Shown: positions 20,592-30,700 of the stretch, piece after piece
How the letters are laid out: every line of letters starts with the position of its first letter
Position numbering within the stretch: position 1 is the first letter of the stretch
Source: an uncultured Verrucomicrobiae bacterium
Lineage (GTDB): Bacteria; Verrucomicrobiota; Verrucomicrobiia; Chthoniobacterales; JAATET01
Direction: 5' to 3'
DNA: 64,000 nt
Assembly (NCBI GenBank): GCA_963719495.1
Contig: CAVRCI010000003.1
Span: 96,001-160,000 of the forward strand
Position numbers and translations under genes: made by a program
The notes under the pieces: model-generated
The model's input: only the letters and a program-made list of their open reading frames with translations
Databases searched by the model: none
Told to the model about the DNA's origin: nothing

Positions 20592-21884
20592 CAGCAGTTC
20601 TCATTTTGGCATTGTTGAAGTGCCAGAGGGCGGTCGGCTGACTCGAAGGGGAGGCGAATTGGAGGGCGAGACTCGAAGTGGCGCGAATGTTACGAAATTG
20701 TAACTTGTACTTTTTGGGCAGTACCGGCATGGCTTGGACCTATGAAGACCACGCCGCCCGGTTTGGCCCGCATTATCGGGAGGTTCCGTGCCGTGGCGGG
20801 GGGACTTCCCGATCCGCGCAAGGGTAAGAACACGAGTTTTTCGATGGCGGACATCGCGCTGAGCGCGTTTTCGGTATTCTTCACGCAGAGTCCATCGTTT
20901 TTGAGTTTCCAGCAGGCCATGGAGGCGGCGCGCGGTCGCAACAACGCGCACTCGCTCTTCGGGGTGGGGCGCATCCCCTGCGACAACCACATCCCGGCGA
21001 CGCTGGACACTGTGGCCCCCGAACATCTCTACGAACTCTTCGACGACCTCCACGCGGGCTTCGAGGACTGCGGCCAACTCGAGGCCATGCGTGCGGTGCA
21101 GGGCACCCGACTCACCGCCTTGGACGGCACCTGGTATTTTTCCTCCCAGTCCGAGAACATCCACTTCCCGCACTGCTCGCGCATCGAGCACGCCAATGGA
21201 TGCACGACGCATTACCACAGCGCGCTGACCCCGGTCGTGGTGAGCCCCGGACACTCCCAAGTCGTGCCCTTGCGCCCGGAGTTCGTCGTCCCGCAGGACG
21301 GCCACTCCAAGCAGGACTGCTTTGATCGCCGCGGCCAAGCGTTGGCTGGCCGCCAACGCCGAGCGCTACCACACCGGCAACGACACCCTGCTCGGAGACG
21401 ACCTCTACGCCCACCAGCCCTTCTGCCGCCAAGTGCTCCTGCACGGCTTCCACCTCGAACACAACTTCGGCCACGGCAAAGCCCACCTCTCCAGCCTACT
21501 GGCCACCATGAACCTGCTCGCCTTCGGCCTGCACACCCTGCTCGAATTCACCGACGGCAACTACCGCCTCGTTCGCTCCGCCGTGGGCGCTCGGCGCAAG
21601 TTCTTCGAGCACATCCGCACGCTCACCACCTACCTGCACTTCGAAAGCTGGGACCATCTCATGGACTTCCTGCTCCGGGGTCTGGAAATCGGCCCCTACG
21701 CCTCACTTCGAAACTGAGCCCCATTCTTGCGGCCAATCGCGCGTCAGCCTGCCGCGCTGGCGCAGCCTGTACCGGTCCCGCCCCGCCGCCCATCAATTCC
21801 GGCGGCCACTCCACGCTCATCCCTTTGCTCCAACCCTCTCACATCTCCCCCCTGTCTGCCGGCACCCCAAAATGAGAACTGCTG
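20592..21884 (+). mobile_element. Degenerate IS (ISNCY-type transposase), 1293 bp
   Basis: Perfect 18-bp IRs CAGCAGTTCTCATTTTGG (20592-20609) / CCAAAATGAGAACTGCTG (21867-21884); no flanking direct repeat. Confidence 0.88.
20742..21717 (+). pseudogene. Transposase pseudogene (frameshift ~21320, apparent internal deletion ~21450)
   Basis: DPRKGKN, SAFSVFFTQSPSFL, ALDGTWYFSS, PQDGHSKQDC / AAAKRWL, LGDDLY, then directly HLEHNFGHG. Confidence 0.85.
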
Positions 21885-22825
21885 CCCCGCTCCGCGAAAT
21901 CCCGCCGCCGCGCCCGCACCTGAATGTCCTCCAGCAGCCGCCGGTTCACCGCGATCAGATCCGCCACGAACCCCAGCACCCACACCTGCACGCCGATGAG
22001 CACCAGGACCGCCGCGATCACCAGACTCGGCAGATGCGTCCGCGTCGTCCCCTCGTAAAAGAGCCAGACCCATCGCAGCATCAGAATCATCCCGAGCGCG
22101 AACGGCAGCGACCCCATCAACGCAAAAAACCGCAACGGTTTGTAGACGATGAAAATCCGAAAGATCGTCAGAATCGACCGCTGAACGTAAGCCGGGATGC
22201 TCTTCAACAAGCGCGACGGTCGCAGAAACCCATTCGTCCTCACCGGCACCGACATCACCCGCAGATTCGCCTGCCCGCCCTGAATGATCGTCTCCAGCGT
22301 GTAGGTGTATTCGTTGAAAACGTTCATCCGCAATGCCGTCTCGCGGTTGATCGCGCGGAACCCACTCGGCGCGTCGGCGATCGACGTCCGGCTCGCCCGC
22401 CGCACCACCCAGCTCCCCAACTTCTGCAGCGCCTTCTTCACGGGCGAAAAATGCTCGATCTGCGAGATCGGACGTTCCCCGATCACCATGTCCGCCCGGT
22501 CCGTCAGAATCGGCTCGACCAATTTCGGAATGTCGTCCGCGTTGTATTGGTTGTCCGCGTCCGTGTTCACGATCACGTCCGCCCCCCGCTCCAGACAAGC
22601 CTCCAGCCCCGCCATGAACGTCCGCGCCAATCCGAGGTGCGGTCGATTGATCACGTGATCCACCCCCAGCCGCCGCGCGACCTCCGCGGTTCCATCCTCA
22701 CTCCCGTCGTTCACGACGAGCCACTCCACCACGTCGACCCCCGGCAGCGACCGCGGCAGCGCCTCGAGCGCCACCCCCAGCGTCTCCTCCTCGTTGTAAC
22801 AGGGAATCTGAATAATAACCTTCAT
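21839..22825 (-). CDS. GT2 (DPM1-like) glycosyltransferase; last 14 codons and stop supplied by the IS end
   Basis: IPCYNEE, VNDGSEDGT, NTDADNQY, DAPSGFRA, two C-terminal TMs; the ORF crosses the IR at 21884. Confidence 0.92.
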   Translation of the reverse strand: MKVIIQIPCYNEEETLGVALEALPRSLPGVDVVEWLVVNDGSEDGTAEVARRLGVDHVINRPHLGLARTFMAGLEACLERGADVIVNTDADNQYNADDIPKLVEPILTDRADMVIGERPISQIEHFSPVKKALQKLGSWVVRRASRTSIADAPSGFRAINRETALRMNVFNEYTYTLETIIQGGQANLRVMSVPVRTNGFLRPSRLLKSIPAYVQRSILTIFRIFIVYKPLRFFALMGSLPFALGMILMLRWVWLFYEGTTRTHLPSLVIAAVLVLIGVQVWVLGFVADLIAVNRRLLEDIQVRARRRDFAERGSSSHFGVPADRGEM

Positions 22826-22935
22826 GAGCAAGCCCCCGCGGGGAGCGAAAGACACTACCCACCCCCCGCCAATCCTGTCCACCCCGAGGCGTCCGCCCGC
22901 CAGGGCTCACGCATCGAACCCCGAGAGAGTGGCGC

Positions 22936-22970
22936 GGACTGAGGGGTCAGTCCGACTGAGGGGTCAGTCC
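22936..22970. repeat. Tandem pair of 17-bp palindromic units GACTGAGGGGTCAGTCC
   Basis: Units at 22937-22953 and 22954-22970, each GACTGA-GGGG-TCAGTC. Confidence 0.85.
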
Positions 22971-23109
22971 GTGCATTGGTTCAAAAAAACTTCAGCATCC
23001 AGATCTGCGACGACCTCAATCTCACGCTGAACATCAATAGCGAAGCCACCCTCGTCGGCATCCGACACAAATTCACCGCCGACGACATCCCGTTTCGATC
23101 CCCCTTCCC

Positions 23110-23356
23110 CAATGCCGATAGCGTTTCCACTAAGTCCATCGAACTCCGCGAAACCATCCTCGGTTCTGAGTTCCACTATCCCATCGGCGGCTGCCAAATC
23201 TCCCCCTGGGCCCTCCGCTTCGCCCCCATCCCGAATCTCCCGATCGCCGGCCGCTGCCTCTCCGCCACCCACGAAGCCCAAGCCGCCCTCCGCGTCATCG
23301 GCACCGCCCTCGCCACCGGCGAAGCCGCCGGAAAACTCGCAATGCAAACGCTCTGA
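23110..23356 (+). pseudogene. C-terminal remnant of an FAD-dependent oxidoreductase
   Basis: NLPIAGRCLSATHEAQAALRVIGTALATGEAAG motif with no N-terminal FAD-binding domain. Confidence 0.7.
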
Positions 23357-23467
23357 AAACCTCACGCAGACAAGCAGAGCAGCCGAGAATACAATTCAGA
23401 AAAATCCCTGCGCCTCGGCGTCTCTGCGTGAGCCCATGGATTGTATTCGAGACGACCAATCCTCCCA

Positions 23468-24340
23468 ATGCCGACCCCGATCCCTCCCGCCGAACTCACC
23501 ATCCGCCCGCTCACCCGCGCCGAGTTCGATCTCACCATCGACCGCGCCGCCGCCGAAGGCTGGAACCCCGGGCTTCACGACGCCGAACTCTTCTGGCAGA
23601 CCGATCCCGACGCGTTTCTCGGAGCCGAATACCAGGGCCGCCTCGTCGCCTCCGGCTCCATCGTCTCCTACGGCGACGCCTATGGATTCATGGGACTTTT
23701 CATCGTCGAATCCACCCTCCGCGGTCGCGGCATCGGAACCGCACTCTGGTTTCACCGCCGCGATCTCCTCCGCTCCCGACTCCGACCCGGGGCCGCCATC
23801 GGGATGGACGGCGTCTTCGAAATGCAGGCCTGGTATGCCCGCGGTGGCTTCAAGTTCTCCCACCGAAATCTCCGCATGACGGGGACCGCAACAACCGGTC
23901 CAAAACACGCCCAAATCTTCGACCTCACCGAACTCCCCCCATCTCTCGTCGCCGACTACGACCGCGATTGCTTCGGCTGCGCCCGCGAAAAATTCCTCAC
24001 CGCCTGGATCACCCAACCCGACGCATCCGCCCTCGGTCATGTCGAAGACGACCGACTCCTCGGCTACGGCGTCATCCGAAAGTGCCGCGTCGGACACAAG
24101 ATCGGCCCCCTCTTCGCCGACGATTCCGACACCGCCGACTCCCTCTTAACCGCCCTCGCCAATTACGCCGCCGGCTCCGCGATCTTCCTCGATATCCCAG
24201 AAAACAACCCCGCGGCCCGCTCCCTCGCCACTCGCCACGGCCTCACCGAAGTTTTTGGCTGCGCCCGCATGTACAACGGCCCCGCCCCCGCCACGGACGA
24301 CCAAAAAATCTTCGGCATCACCACCTTCGAACTCGGCTGA
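23468..24340 (+). CDS. GNAT acetyltransferase (YitH-like, two-domain)
   Basis: AAAEGWNPGLHDA, FMGLFIV..RGRGIG, KIGPLFAD, FGITTFELG. Confidence 0.92.
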   Translation: MPTPIPPAELTIRPLTRAEFDLTIDRAAAEGWNPGLHDAELFWQTDPDAFLGAEYQGRLVASGSIVSYGDAYGFMGLFIVESTLRGRGIGTALWFHRRDLLRSRLRPGAAIGMDGVFEMQAWYARGGFKFSHRNLRMTGTATTGPKHAQIFDLTELPPSLVADYDRDCFGCAREKFLTAWITQPDASALGHVEDDRLLGYGVIRKCRVGHKIGPLFADDSDTADSLLTALANYAAGSAIFLDIPENNPAARSLATRHGLTEVFGCARMYNGPAPATDDQKIFGITTFELG

Positions 24341-24361
24341 CCTGATCCCGCCCGCCTCCCG

Positions 24362-25261
24362 TCACGCCGCCAGCCACGCCCGCAGCGGCGCACGGTAGTG
24401 CCGACCGACCGGAATCGGATCACCGAAGCCCGTCAGCCGCAGCCGCCAGTTCCCCCCGGCTCGGTCCAGACTCTCGATCTTGGAAAGATTGACCACCGCC
24501 CCGCGGTGAGCGCGCAGGAAGCGCTCGGCCGGGAGTTGCTTTTCCCAGGCACCGAGAGTCTTTAATTCCATCACAGCGGGCCGACCCTGGAGGTGGACTC
24601 GCGTAAAATCGTCATCGGCCTCGATCCACAGAAGTTCGCTCTCCGCGACGGTGTAAATGGTCGAGCCGTCCCGGAGAACGATTCGGGGCTCGCTCGGATC
24701 ACTCGCCGGAAAAACTTCCGCAGTTTTCCCAGTGGGCGCAAAGAGTCGAAGCGCGATCAACTCGCCAGCGGCACGGACGATCCGGGCGTCGAGATCGGTC
24801 CACGCGATGGGGCGCCGGACGGCGTCGAATCCGATCTGAATCGCCAGCCGCGAATCATCGAAGATCGGAACGAACAGGATCGACCGAATGCTCTGCCGCC
24901 GGAACGCCCGCCGCAAATCAGGCGCTTCGTCGTCGACGACATGCACGTCGGCCAACGAAAGGGTCTCACCGCGAAGCAGCCGGTCGTGAACCCATTTCCC
25001 GAAGGTCACCGGCACGCCCTGAAACTCGTGGACGAACGTCTCGATTCCCGGCCTCGCCCATTCGTGGGTGTTCCAAAAATGCGTAACCTCGCGGTTGTAG
25101 CGGATCACCCACGCGCGGTCGGCACCCCGGGCCGTCCCAATCTCACGAAGGGCAAAATTCACCGCCTGCGCCTCCGGCAGGCTCCGGAGTTCGGTGGCAA
25201 GAAGCGCCCAATCAACCGGGCGAGTGTGGGTGCGTTTCGAGGATTTTTTGGCACTAATCAT
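24362..25261 (-). CDS. GAF-like + LytTR transcriptional regulator
   Basis: ADRAWV..NTHEWARPGI, GFDAVR (GAF-like); WIEADDDFT, FLRAHRGAVVN, PVGRHY (LytTR). Confidence 0.85.
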   Translation of the reverse strand: MISAKKSSKRTHTRPVDWALLATELRSLPEAQAVNFALREIGTARGADRAWVIRYNREVTHFWNTHEWARPGIETFVHEFQGVPVTFGKWVHDRLLRGETLSLADVHVVDDEAPDLRRAFRRQSIRSILFVPIFDDSRLAIQIGFDAVRRPIAWTDLDARIVRAAGELIALRLFAPTGKTAEVFPASDPSEPRIVLRDGSTIYTVAESELLWIEADDDFTRVHLQGRPAVMELKTLGAWEKQLPAERFLRAHRGAVVNLSKIESLDRAGGNWRLRLTGFGDPIPVGRHYRAPLRAWLAA

Positions 25262-25336
25262 GTTACTCACCGACTCGTTCGGTCGTCCGCCGATTTTTAG
25301 TTGGATTCCCGTCACCCATCGCTCAGGAAATGCCCA

Positions 25337-25981
25337 ATGAAAACGCCATATTTTTCCTCGCTGGCGCAACGGGCTGGAACGGTCGGGAAGATTCTAGCGG
25401 TTGCCGCCCTGGCCCTCCTGACCAACTCGGCCCCAGCCGCCATCGACTACTCCGGCCCGGTTAACCTCACGATCACGCCGACCAGCGGCGAAGCGTTCTT
25501 CAATTTCAGCGGCGGACCTGGCAACGACTATCGGCTGATCTTCCTGTCCAACGACCCCGCCAGCCCCGAGATCCAGGGATTCACCGGCCTCGTCCGCGCC
25601 AATCCAAACGAAGGCCTCCCGCTCATCGGTGCCGGAACCACGGTCGATAAGTCGTTCCTCTCCGCCCAGAACAATGGATTCTTTTTCGAAGATCTCTACA
25701 ACGATCCCGTCGGCGGCTACGGCGGCGGCGGGACCGGATTCATCGGACTCATGACCGGTGCCGACGAAAACAACACGCGCTTCGGCTGGGCCCGCTTCAC
25801 CTACGTCGACGACGGGGCGAACTCCTCCCTCACTCTGGTGGACCACGCCATCGAAACCGAATTCAACCAGCCCATCGTCACCGGAGCCATCCCCGAGCCC
25901 GGCACAATCGCCCTTCTCGTAATCGGCGGAGTCATCGTGCTCGCCTGCCACCGTCGACTTCGCTTTCCAAAATCCGCTTAA
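25337..25981 (+). CDS. PEP-CTERM sorting-domain protein
   Basis: Signal peptide; C-terminal AIPEPGTIALLVIGGVIVLACHRRLR. Confidence 0.92.
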   Translation: MKTPYFSSLAQRAGTVGKILAVAALALLTNSAPAAIDYSGPVNLTITPTSGEAFFNFSGGPGNDYRLIFLSNDPASPEIQGFTGLVRANPNEGLPLIGAGTTVDKSFLSAQNNGFFFEDLYNDPVGGYGGGGTGFIGLMTGADENNTRFGWARFTYVDDGANSSLTLVDHAIETEFNQPIVTGAIPEPGTIALLVIGGVIVLACHRRLRFPKSA

Positions 25982-26007
25982 ACCCGAAAAAACATCTCAT
26001 CAATCGA

Positions 26008-27596
26008 ATGAAAACCCACCTCACCGCCACTCTCCTCGCCACCTTCGCCATCGGGTCATCGCTCGCGACGCCCACACCGCTCACCCGCGAGCAGGTCCAG
26101 ATCGGCGTCCTTCGCATGGACGCCGTCGCCGAGCGCGCCATGCGCACGAGCGGCATTCCCGGGATGGCCATCGCCGTCGTCCACAACGACGAAGTCATTT
26201 TCCTCAAAGGCTACGGCGTCCGCAAAGTCGGCACCTCCCAGCCCGTCACGCCCGACACCGTCTTTCAGATCGCTTCCGTGTCGAAGCCGATCTCCAGCAC
26301 CATCGTTGCCGGACTCGTCGGCGACGGCACCGTCACCTGGGACGAACCGCTCGTGAACAACCTCCCAAATTTTCGCCTCTCCAACCCCGCCGCCACCCGC
26401 GCCGTCAGTCTCCGCGACGCCTTCAGCCACCGCACCGGCCTCCCGCCGCACGCCGGCGACCTCCTCGAAAACCTCGGCTTTCCCAAGCCCCCATCGTTCG
26501 CCGCCTCCGCCAATTTCCCCTCCTCGGCGGGTTCCGCTCCCGCTACGAATACTCGAACGTGGGTCTCACCGTCGGCGGTCTCGCCGCCGCCGCCGCCGCC
26601 GGCACCGACTGGCCAACCCTCGCGCAACGTCGCCTCTTCGACCCCCTCGGCATGACCTCCACCAGCATGCGCTCCGCCGACTTCCGCGCCGCCCCCAACC
26701 GCGCCGTCATGCATTCCCCCGACAACAACACGTTCATCATGAACGGCAAGTGGGTCGCCCGCTTCCAGCGCAACGCCGACGCCCAAGCCCCCGCCGGCGG
26801 TGTCAGCACCAGCGTCCGCGATCTCTCGCGCTGGCTCCGCCTCCAGCTCGACGGCGGACGTTTCGAAGGCCGCCAGATCATCGCCGCCCAGCCCCTCGGC
26901 GAAACCCACCGCCCGCAGATCAAGACCAACGGCGGCTTCTACGGCCTCGGCTGGAACGTCGGCACCCGCTTCGACCGCACCGTCTGGTCCCACTCCGGCG
27001 AATTCTTCCTCGGTGTCCGCTCCGCCGTCGCCCTCTTTCCCACCGAGAATCTCGGCATTGCCGTCCTCTGCAACTCCGCCCCTCACGGCATCCCCGAAGG
27101 TCTCGACCTCTCCCTCACCGATTTCCTTTTCCTCGGGGAACTCAGCCGCGACTGGGTCGCCTTCGCCAACGAACGCTTCGCCGAACTCGCCGCCGACCAA
27201 CTCGGTCGCGCCCCCGTCGACTACCGACAGCGCCCCGCCGACTTCACCCCACCCCGCCCCCTCGCCGCCTACGCCGGACGCTACCGCAGCGGCTTCTACG
27301 GTCCCGTCCGCCTCCAAGCCCGCGGCAATCGCCTCATCATGCGCATCGGCCCCGACCGCCAGCGATTCGTCCTTCGGCACTACTCCGGCGACACGTTTTA
27401 CTACATGACCCGAGGCGAGGACCGCACCGGCCTGCGCGCCGCCCACTTCGCCAACGCCCGCAATTCGCAATTTCGGCAACTCAACCTTCCCGCCCTCGAC
27501 GACTATTACGACTTCGACGACTACACCGAAGCCTTTCAGGAAAACGACAACGCCACCCGTCAGCCCCGCTACACCTTCGGCCGCTTCCGCCGCTGA
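26008..27596 (+). CDS. Serine hydrolase (beta-lactamase class C-like) with DUF3471-like C-domain; frameshift near 26480-26495
   Basis: FQIASVSKP (SxxK) and SHRTGLP in one frame; YEYSN, LFDPLGMT, PAGG, HSG and YAGRY..GFYG in the next. Confidence 0.85.
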
Positions 27597-27710
27597 GCCC
27601 AACACCTCAAGCCATCAGTCACCGTCGTCGGCATGATCAGTGAGCCGCGGCCACCCCCCGCTTTTGAATCCTGATCGACCCGGACCGCAAAAGAATCTGA
27701 TCACCTTCCA

Positions 27711-30700
27711 ATGAGAACCCCATCCACGCTCATCCTCATTTCCATCCTCACCCTGGCAACATCGGTCGCCCAACAGTTCTGGGACGGCTCGAACACCACC
27801 CCCAACGGCACCATCGACGGTGGCACCGGCACCTGGGACGCCGCCAGCACCAACTGGACGAACAATTCCGGTAACACCAACACGTCTTTCGACCCAACGC
27901 TCGTCTCGACCTTCGCCGGCACCGCTGGCACCGCCACCCTCGCCGACGGCTTCGTCGCCAACCCCCGCGCCCTCGATTTCCAGACCCCCGGCTACACCGT
28001 CGCCGCAGCGGGCACCGGCGAACTGACCCTCACCAGCGACACCCCGTTCATCACCGCCCCCGGCACGACCACGATCACCGCTCCCATCACGGGCGGCGGC
28101 ACCCTCGTCAAGCAAGGCACCGGCACCCTCGCCCTCACCGCGACCAACACCTACACCGGCGACACCGTCATCAGCACCGGCACCCTCTCCGTCCCCGGCT
28201 CGATCGACACCCCCTCCGGCCAGATCGTCGTCGGCTTCGACCCCGGCGACGAGGCCACCCTCGATGTCGCGAGTTCGGGTTCCGTCTCCGGCGTCGTGGT
28301 CGGCATTTCCGGCGACGCCGGGTCCACCGGTATCGCACGAGTTTCCGGAGGAGTCCTTTCCAGCGACGGCGCGATTATTATCGGCTCCAGCGGCAGCGGC
28401 ACCCTCGAGGTCACCGACGGCGGCACCGTCACGAACGCCACCGGCTTCGTTGGCTTTCTCGAGGATTCCGTCGGCACCGTCCGCGTCTCCAGCGGCACGT
28501 GGACAAATTCCGACACCCTCACCGTCGGCAACCTCGGCACTGGAAGTGTCATCATCAGTGGCTCCGGGCAAGTTTCCAACCCAGGAGCCATCCTCGGCTT
28601 CGACTCCGCCGCCACCGGTTCCGTCTCCGTCACCGGCGGATCGTGGACCAGCGCCACCAACCTCTTCGTCGGCTTCGAGGGCAGCGGCACGCTCGAAGTC
28701 AGCGGCACCGGAACCGTCACCAACGGCGGCGCCTTCCTCGGTCTCGAGCCGGACTCCACCGGCACCGCCAAGGTCAGCGGCGGCACTTGGACGAACCTGG
28801 GTGGCCTCGCCGTCGGCACGGAGGGTAGTGGTCGCCTCGACCTCACCGGCGGCACGATCAGCGCGGCATTCGTCAACCTCTCGCAAGAGGATGGCTCCGT
28901 CGGCACGTTCAACGTCGGCACCGGCGGCACCCCCGGCATTCTCGACGCCGGAGCCGTTCGGGGCGGAGCCGGCACGGCGACGCTGAACTTCAACCACAAC
29001 TCCGCCAGTTACGCCTTCACCCGCGACGGCACCCCGACCGGCCAGCTCATCGCCATCACCGGCACCACCGCCGTCCTTCACACTGGCCCCGGCACTACGA
29101 TTCTCACCGGCACCCATTCCTTCACCGGCGGTCTCGCCCTCGACAACGGCACCGTTTCGGTCATGCGCGATGACGCCCTCGGAGTCGCCGGCGGAATCCT
29201 GACCTTCGACGGCGGGACACTGCAAAATACGGCCCCCTTCGCGACCGGTCGCGCCACCACGCTCAATCCCGGGGGCGGAACCTTCCAGACCACCCGGGAC
29301 CTGCTGCACGCCGGCCCCATCTCCGGCCCAGGCACCCTCTCCAAGACCGGCCCCGGCACGCTCACACTCACCGGCGACAACACCTACTTCGGCGGAACCA
29401 CCGTCACCAACGGCACGCTCAGCGTCAGCCGCGACGCCAACCTCGGTGCCCGCGGCACCTTCACCACCCTCGACGGCGGCACGCTCCAAAACACCGCCGC
29501 CTTCAACACCAGTCGCTTCGTCGTTCTCGGCACCCGCGGCGGCACCCTCCAGACCGACGCCAACCTCCGGTTCAACGCCCCCATCTCGGGCTCCGGCGCG
29601 CTCATCAAAACCGGCGACGCCACCCTCCTCCTATCCCGCCAAAGCTCCTACGAAGGTGGCACCACCCTCGAATCCGGCACCATCCAGGCCATCACCTCCA
29701 GAGCACTCGGACGCGGCGGTGCCACGCTCGAAGGCGGCACCCTCGACCCCGTCGGAACGCTCAACATCAACTCGCTCGACTTCCGCGGCGGCACCGTCGA
29801 CACCGCGCTCGGACGCAACACCGACCTCCTCAACGTCCGCGGCAAACTCACGCTCACCGACGCCGGACGCTTCCGTCTCACCGCAACCAACGGCTTCCAA
29901 CTCGACACCGAATACCTCATCCTCACCGCCCGCAACCTCGCCCGGTTCAACCCCCTCACCGACTTCCTCGGTAACCGCCTCGTCGACCTCGCCCCGACCT
30001 TCCGCATCGCCGGACGCAAGCTCTTCGTCAGCTTCAACCCCGTCGGACCACCCTCCGGCCCGATCCTGCAAAACAGCGCCCCCGTCAACACGCCCACCAC
30101 CGCCGACTTCACCGTCACCGGCCCCGTCCGCACCGGCACGACCGACGAGAGCAACACGATCAACTCCCTCCGCTTCTCGCCCGGCAGCTCACTCACCATC
30201 TTCAACAACCTCACCGTCACCAGCGGCGAGCTGAACGCCCTCGGCGGCGACAGCCTCGTCACCGGCGGCACCGTCCTCGCCCCGAACGGCTTCCAAAAAA
30301 CCGGCCCCGGCTCGCTGTTTGCCACCAGCACGTTCGACGTCAACGGACCCGCCGCCGTCGAAGTCGGTGCCCTCTTCGTCAATGGACGCTTCAACGCCCC
30401 CGGCGGCCTCACCGTCCAACCCAGCGCCCGCCTCGGCGGCGCCGGACTCATCTTCGGCAACGTCACCAACCGCGGCACCGTCGCCCCTGGCAACAGCCCC
30501 GGCACACTCTCGATCGACGGCGACTTCACCCAGACCGCTTCCGGCACGCTCCAGATCGAGGTCGCCAACCCCACCACCTTCGACCGCCTCATCGTCAGCG
30601 GCTCCGCCGCCCTCGACGGCACCCTCCAGACCATTAACCTCGGCCGCCGCTTCGAGTTCGGTCAACAGATCCCCTTCCTCAGCGCCGACCGCATCACCGG

